Assembly (NCBI GenBank): GCA_034670305.1
Contig: JAXMNT010000003.1
Coordinates: 64,001-128,000 of the forward strand
Length of the DNA: 64,000 bases
From: Deltaproteobacteria bacterium
GTDB taxonomy: Bacteria > Myxococcota_A > Polyangia > Polyangiales > Houyiibacteriaceae
Direction of reading: 5' to 3'
Shown here: piece after piece, positions 62,601 through 64,000 of the stretch
Layout: the number at the start of each line of letters is the position of its first letter
Position numbering within the stretch: position 1 is the stretch's first letter
Made by a program: the position numbers and the translations under genes
Notes under the pieces: model-generated
The model's database searches: none
What the model was told of the DNA's origin: nothing
Seen by the model: only the letters and a program-made list of their open reading frames with translations

Positions 62601-63632
62601 TCAGAGCGTGACGATCGTCTTTCCACGGGTTCGGCCGCTCCCCTGGTGCGCCAGCGCCTCGGGCACCTCCGCGAGGGTGCAGCGTTTGCCGATCGCCGGG
62701 CACAAAACGCCCTCGGCGTGCAGCTGGGCCAAGAACGCGAGCGCGCTGGCGTCGGGCGGCGAGAGGAAGGTCATGGTCTGGGGCACCACCATGTTGGTCA
62801 GCAGCGCGCCGAACATGCGGCCCATCGGACCGAACCAGTCTCCGCCTTGCCCAGCCGAGCTGATGTACATGCCCTCCCGCTTCAAGACGCGCCGGCACTC
62901 CGCGAGCGTTCGGTTGCCGACCAGATCCAGCACCAGATCGTAGCGGTGTTCGGCCGCCACAAAGTCTTCCTTGGTGTAGTCGATCACGTGGTCTGCGCCG
63001 AGCTCGCGCACGAACGCCGCGTTCCGACCACTGCACACCGCGGTCACGACGGCGCCAAAGTGTTTCGCGAGCTGAATGGCAAAGGTCCCGACCCCACCCG
63101 ATGCGCCGTTGAGGAGCACGTGTTGGCCGGGCTGGAGATCGGCGACGTCGCGCAGCGCCTTGAGCGCGGTCAACGCAGTCGGCAACGCCGCGGCCGCCTC
63201 GAAGGGAAGTGTCGCCGGTTTGTGCGCGATTCGATCGACGCTCGCGCAGACGTATTCGGCGAACCCGCCGTGGGGGACCTCCCCGAACACCTCGTCGCCC
63301 ACCGAGAACTCCGTCACGTCGCGGCCGACCTCTGCGACGACGCCGGCGATCTCTTGACCGAGCACGGCGTGTTTGGGGGTCGTCACGCCGTAGCCGGCGA
63401 GCCGAATCAAATAGGGCAGACCGGTCATCACGTGCCAGTCGCCCTTGTTGACCGCGGCGACCTTCACTTGGATCAGGACCTCGCCTGCACCGACCGCCGG
63501 ACGGTCTACCTCGCCGAGCACGAGCGTTGCGGAATCACCGAAGGCGGTGTGCGCAATTCCCTTCATGCGCCTCGTGAGCACGGGGGTCTGGTCACTGGGC
63601 ATCGTCGTCGTGTGGGTGGCTTGCATGTTCAT
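62601..63632 (-). CDS. NAD(P)-dependent MDR-family oxidoreductase (quinone oxidoreductase-like)
   Basis: G.EIAGVV, GGFAEY, NGASGGVG, LGADHVIDY, GKTIV. Confidence 0.92.
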   Translation of the reverse strand: MNMQATHTTTMPSDQTPVLTRRMKGIAHTAFGDSATLVLGEVDRPAVGAGEVLIQVKVAAVNKGDWHVMTGLPYLIRLAGYGVTTPKHAVLGQEIAGVVAEVGRDVTEFSVGDEVFGEVPHGGFAEYVCASVDRIAHKPATLPFEAAAALPTALTALKALRDVADLQPGQHVLLNGASGGVGTFAIQLAKHFGAVVTAVCSGRNAAFVRELGADHVIDYTKEDFVAAEHRYDLVLDLVGNRTLAECRRVLKREGMYISSAGQGGDWFGPMGRMFGALLTNMVVPQTMTFLSPPDASALAFLAQLHAEGVLCPAIGKRCTLAEVPEALAHQGSGRTRGKTIVTL

Positions 63633-63650
63633 GGTCTCTCTCCTCCGTGA

Positions 63651-63713
63651 CTTACGGTGTAAGCTTCATAGGCTTACGATGTAAGTCTGTCAACAAAATA
63701 CTTACAGCGTATG
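63651..63713. promoter_or_regulatory. Three TetR-type operator palindromes CTTAC-N3-GTAAG
   Basis: CTTACGGTGTAAG 63651-63663, CTTACGATGTAAG 63673-63685 and CTTACAGCGTATG 63701-63713 lie between the divergent oxidoreductase and TetR genes. Confidence 0.8.
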
Positions 63714-63735
63714 TGCTGGCGCGCTACCGTGGCGC

Positions 63736-64000
63736 GTGGCGAGGAGACCGGAAACGAAACGCGTGCCGCTCAGCCGGGAACGGGTGCTCGCCTCGGCGGT
63801 CGCGCTGGCGGATGCCGAGGGGCTCAAGGCCCTCTCCATGCGCAAGCTCGCTCAACAGGTCGGCGTGGAGGCGATGTCCCTCTACAACCATGTGAAGAAC
63901 AAGGACGACTTGCTCGGGGGGATCGTCGAGCTCGTGGTCGAAGAGATCGACGTTCCGGAGATCGGCGGCCACTGGAAACAGGAGATGCGGCGCCGATGTG
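63736..64000 (+). CDS. TetR family transcriptional regulator (partial, runs off the window)
   Basis: Manual translation: MARRPETKRVPLSRERVLASAVALADAEGLKALSMRKLAQQVGVEAMSLYNHVKNKDDLL. Confidence 0.93.
   Translation, partial: MARRPETKRVPLSRERVLASAVALADAEGLKALSMRKLAQQVGVEAMSLYNHVKNKDDLLGGIVELVVEEIDVPEIGGHWKQEMRRRC

Noticed and set aside
59659-62943. 1094-aa plus-strand ORF and similar long ORFs (141..1787, 13104..15260, 43683..46067)
   Set aside because: Antisense shadows of recognisable genes, which are common in high-GC DNA.

Overview
High-GC bacterial DNA, most likely from a myxobacterium (Myxococcota, Polyangiales/Sandaracinaceae-like). This is inferred from a MYXO-CTERM-like sorting signal, many lipoproteins with DAG-rich tethers, Cys-rich repeat proteins, a myxobacterial-type ferritin-like protein and a Ser/Thr kinase. 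The window holds about 55 CDS. Housekeeping genes include rsmE, prmA, hflX, ptrB, yqgE, a thiolase, an acyltransferase, MATE, MMPL and GH15. There are many secreted or lipoprotein hydrolases and two compositionally atypical accessory segments (about 36.96-41.7 kb and 52.2-54.06 kb). I recognised no rRNA, tRNA, transposase, integrase or CRISPR array. The most notable observations are: (1) four intergenic compound hexamer arrays that share a TCGGNN block and a telomere-like G3N3 block, two of them bracketing the MMPL gene in inverted orientation; (2) a small lipopeptide gene overlapping a ferritin-like diiron enzyme gene, a candidate peptide-modification pair; (3) an Rhs-remnant/orphan-immunity-like cassette with two paralogous CxxC proteins and short boundary repeats; (4) an island with a giant Cys-rich lipoprotein, an FG-GAP lipoprotein and an internally deleted duplicate of it; (5) an orphan T3SS/flagellar stator gene coupled to a site-2 protease; (6) three apparent pseudoenzymes (histidine kinase, YhfC protease, PIN domain). 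All calls come from motif reading by eye and no database searches were run. Start codons were often re-chosen relative to the ORF track.
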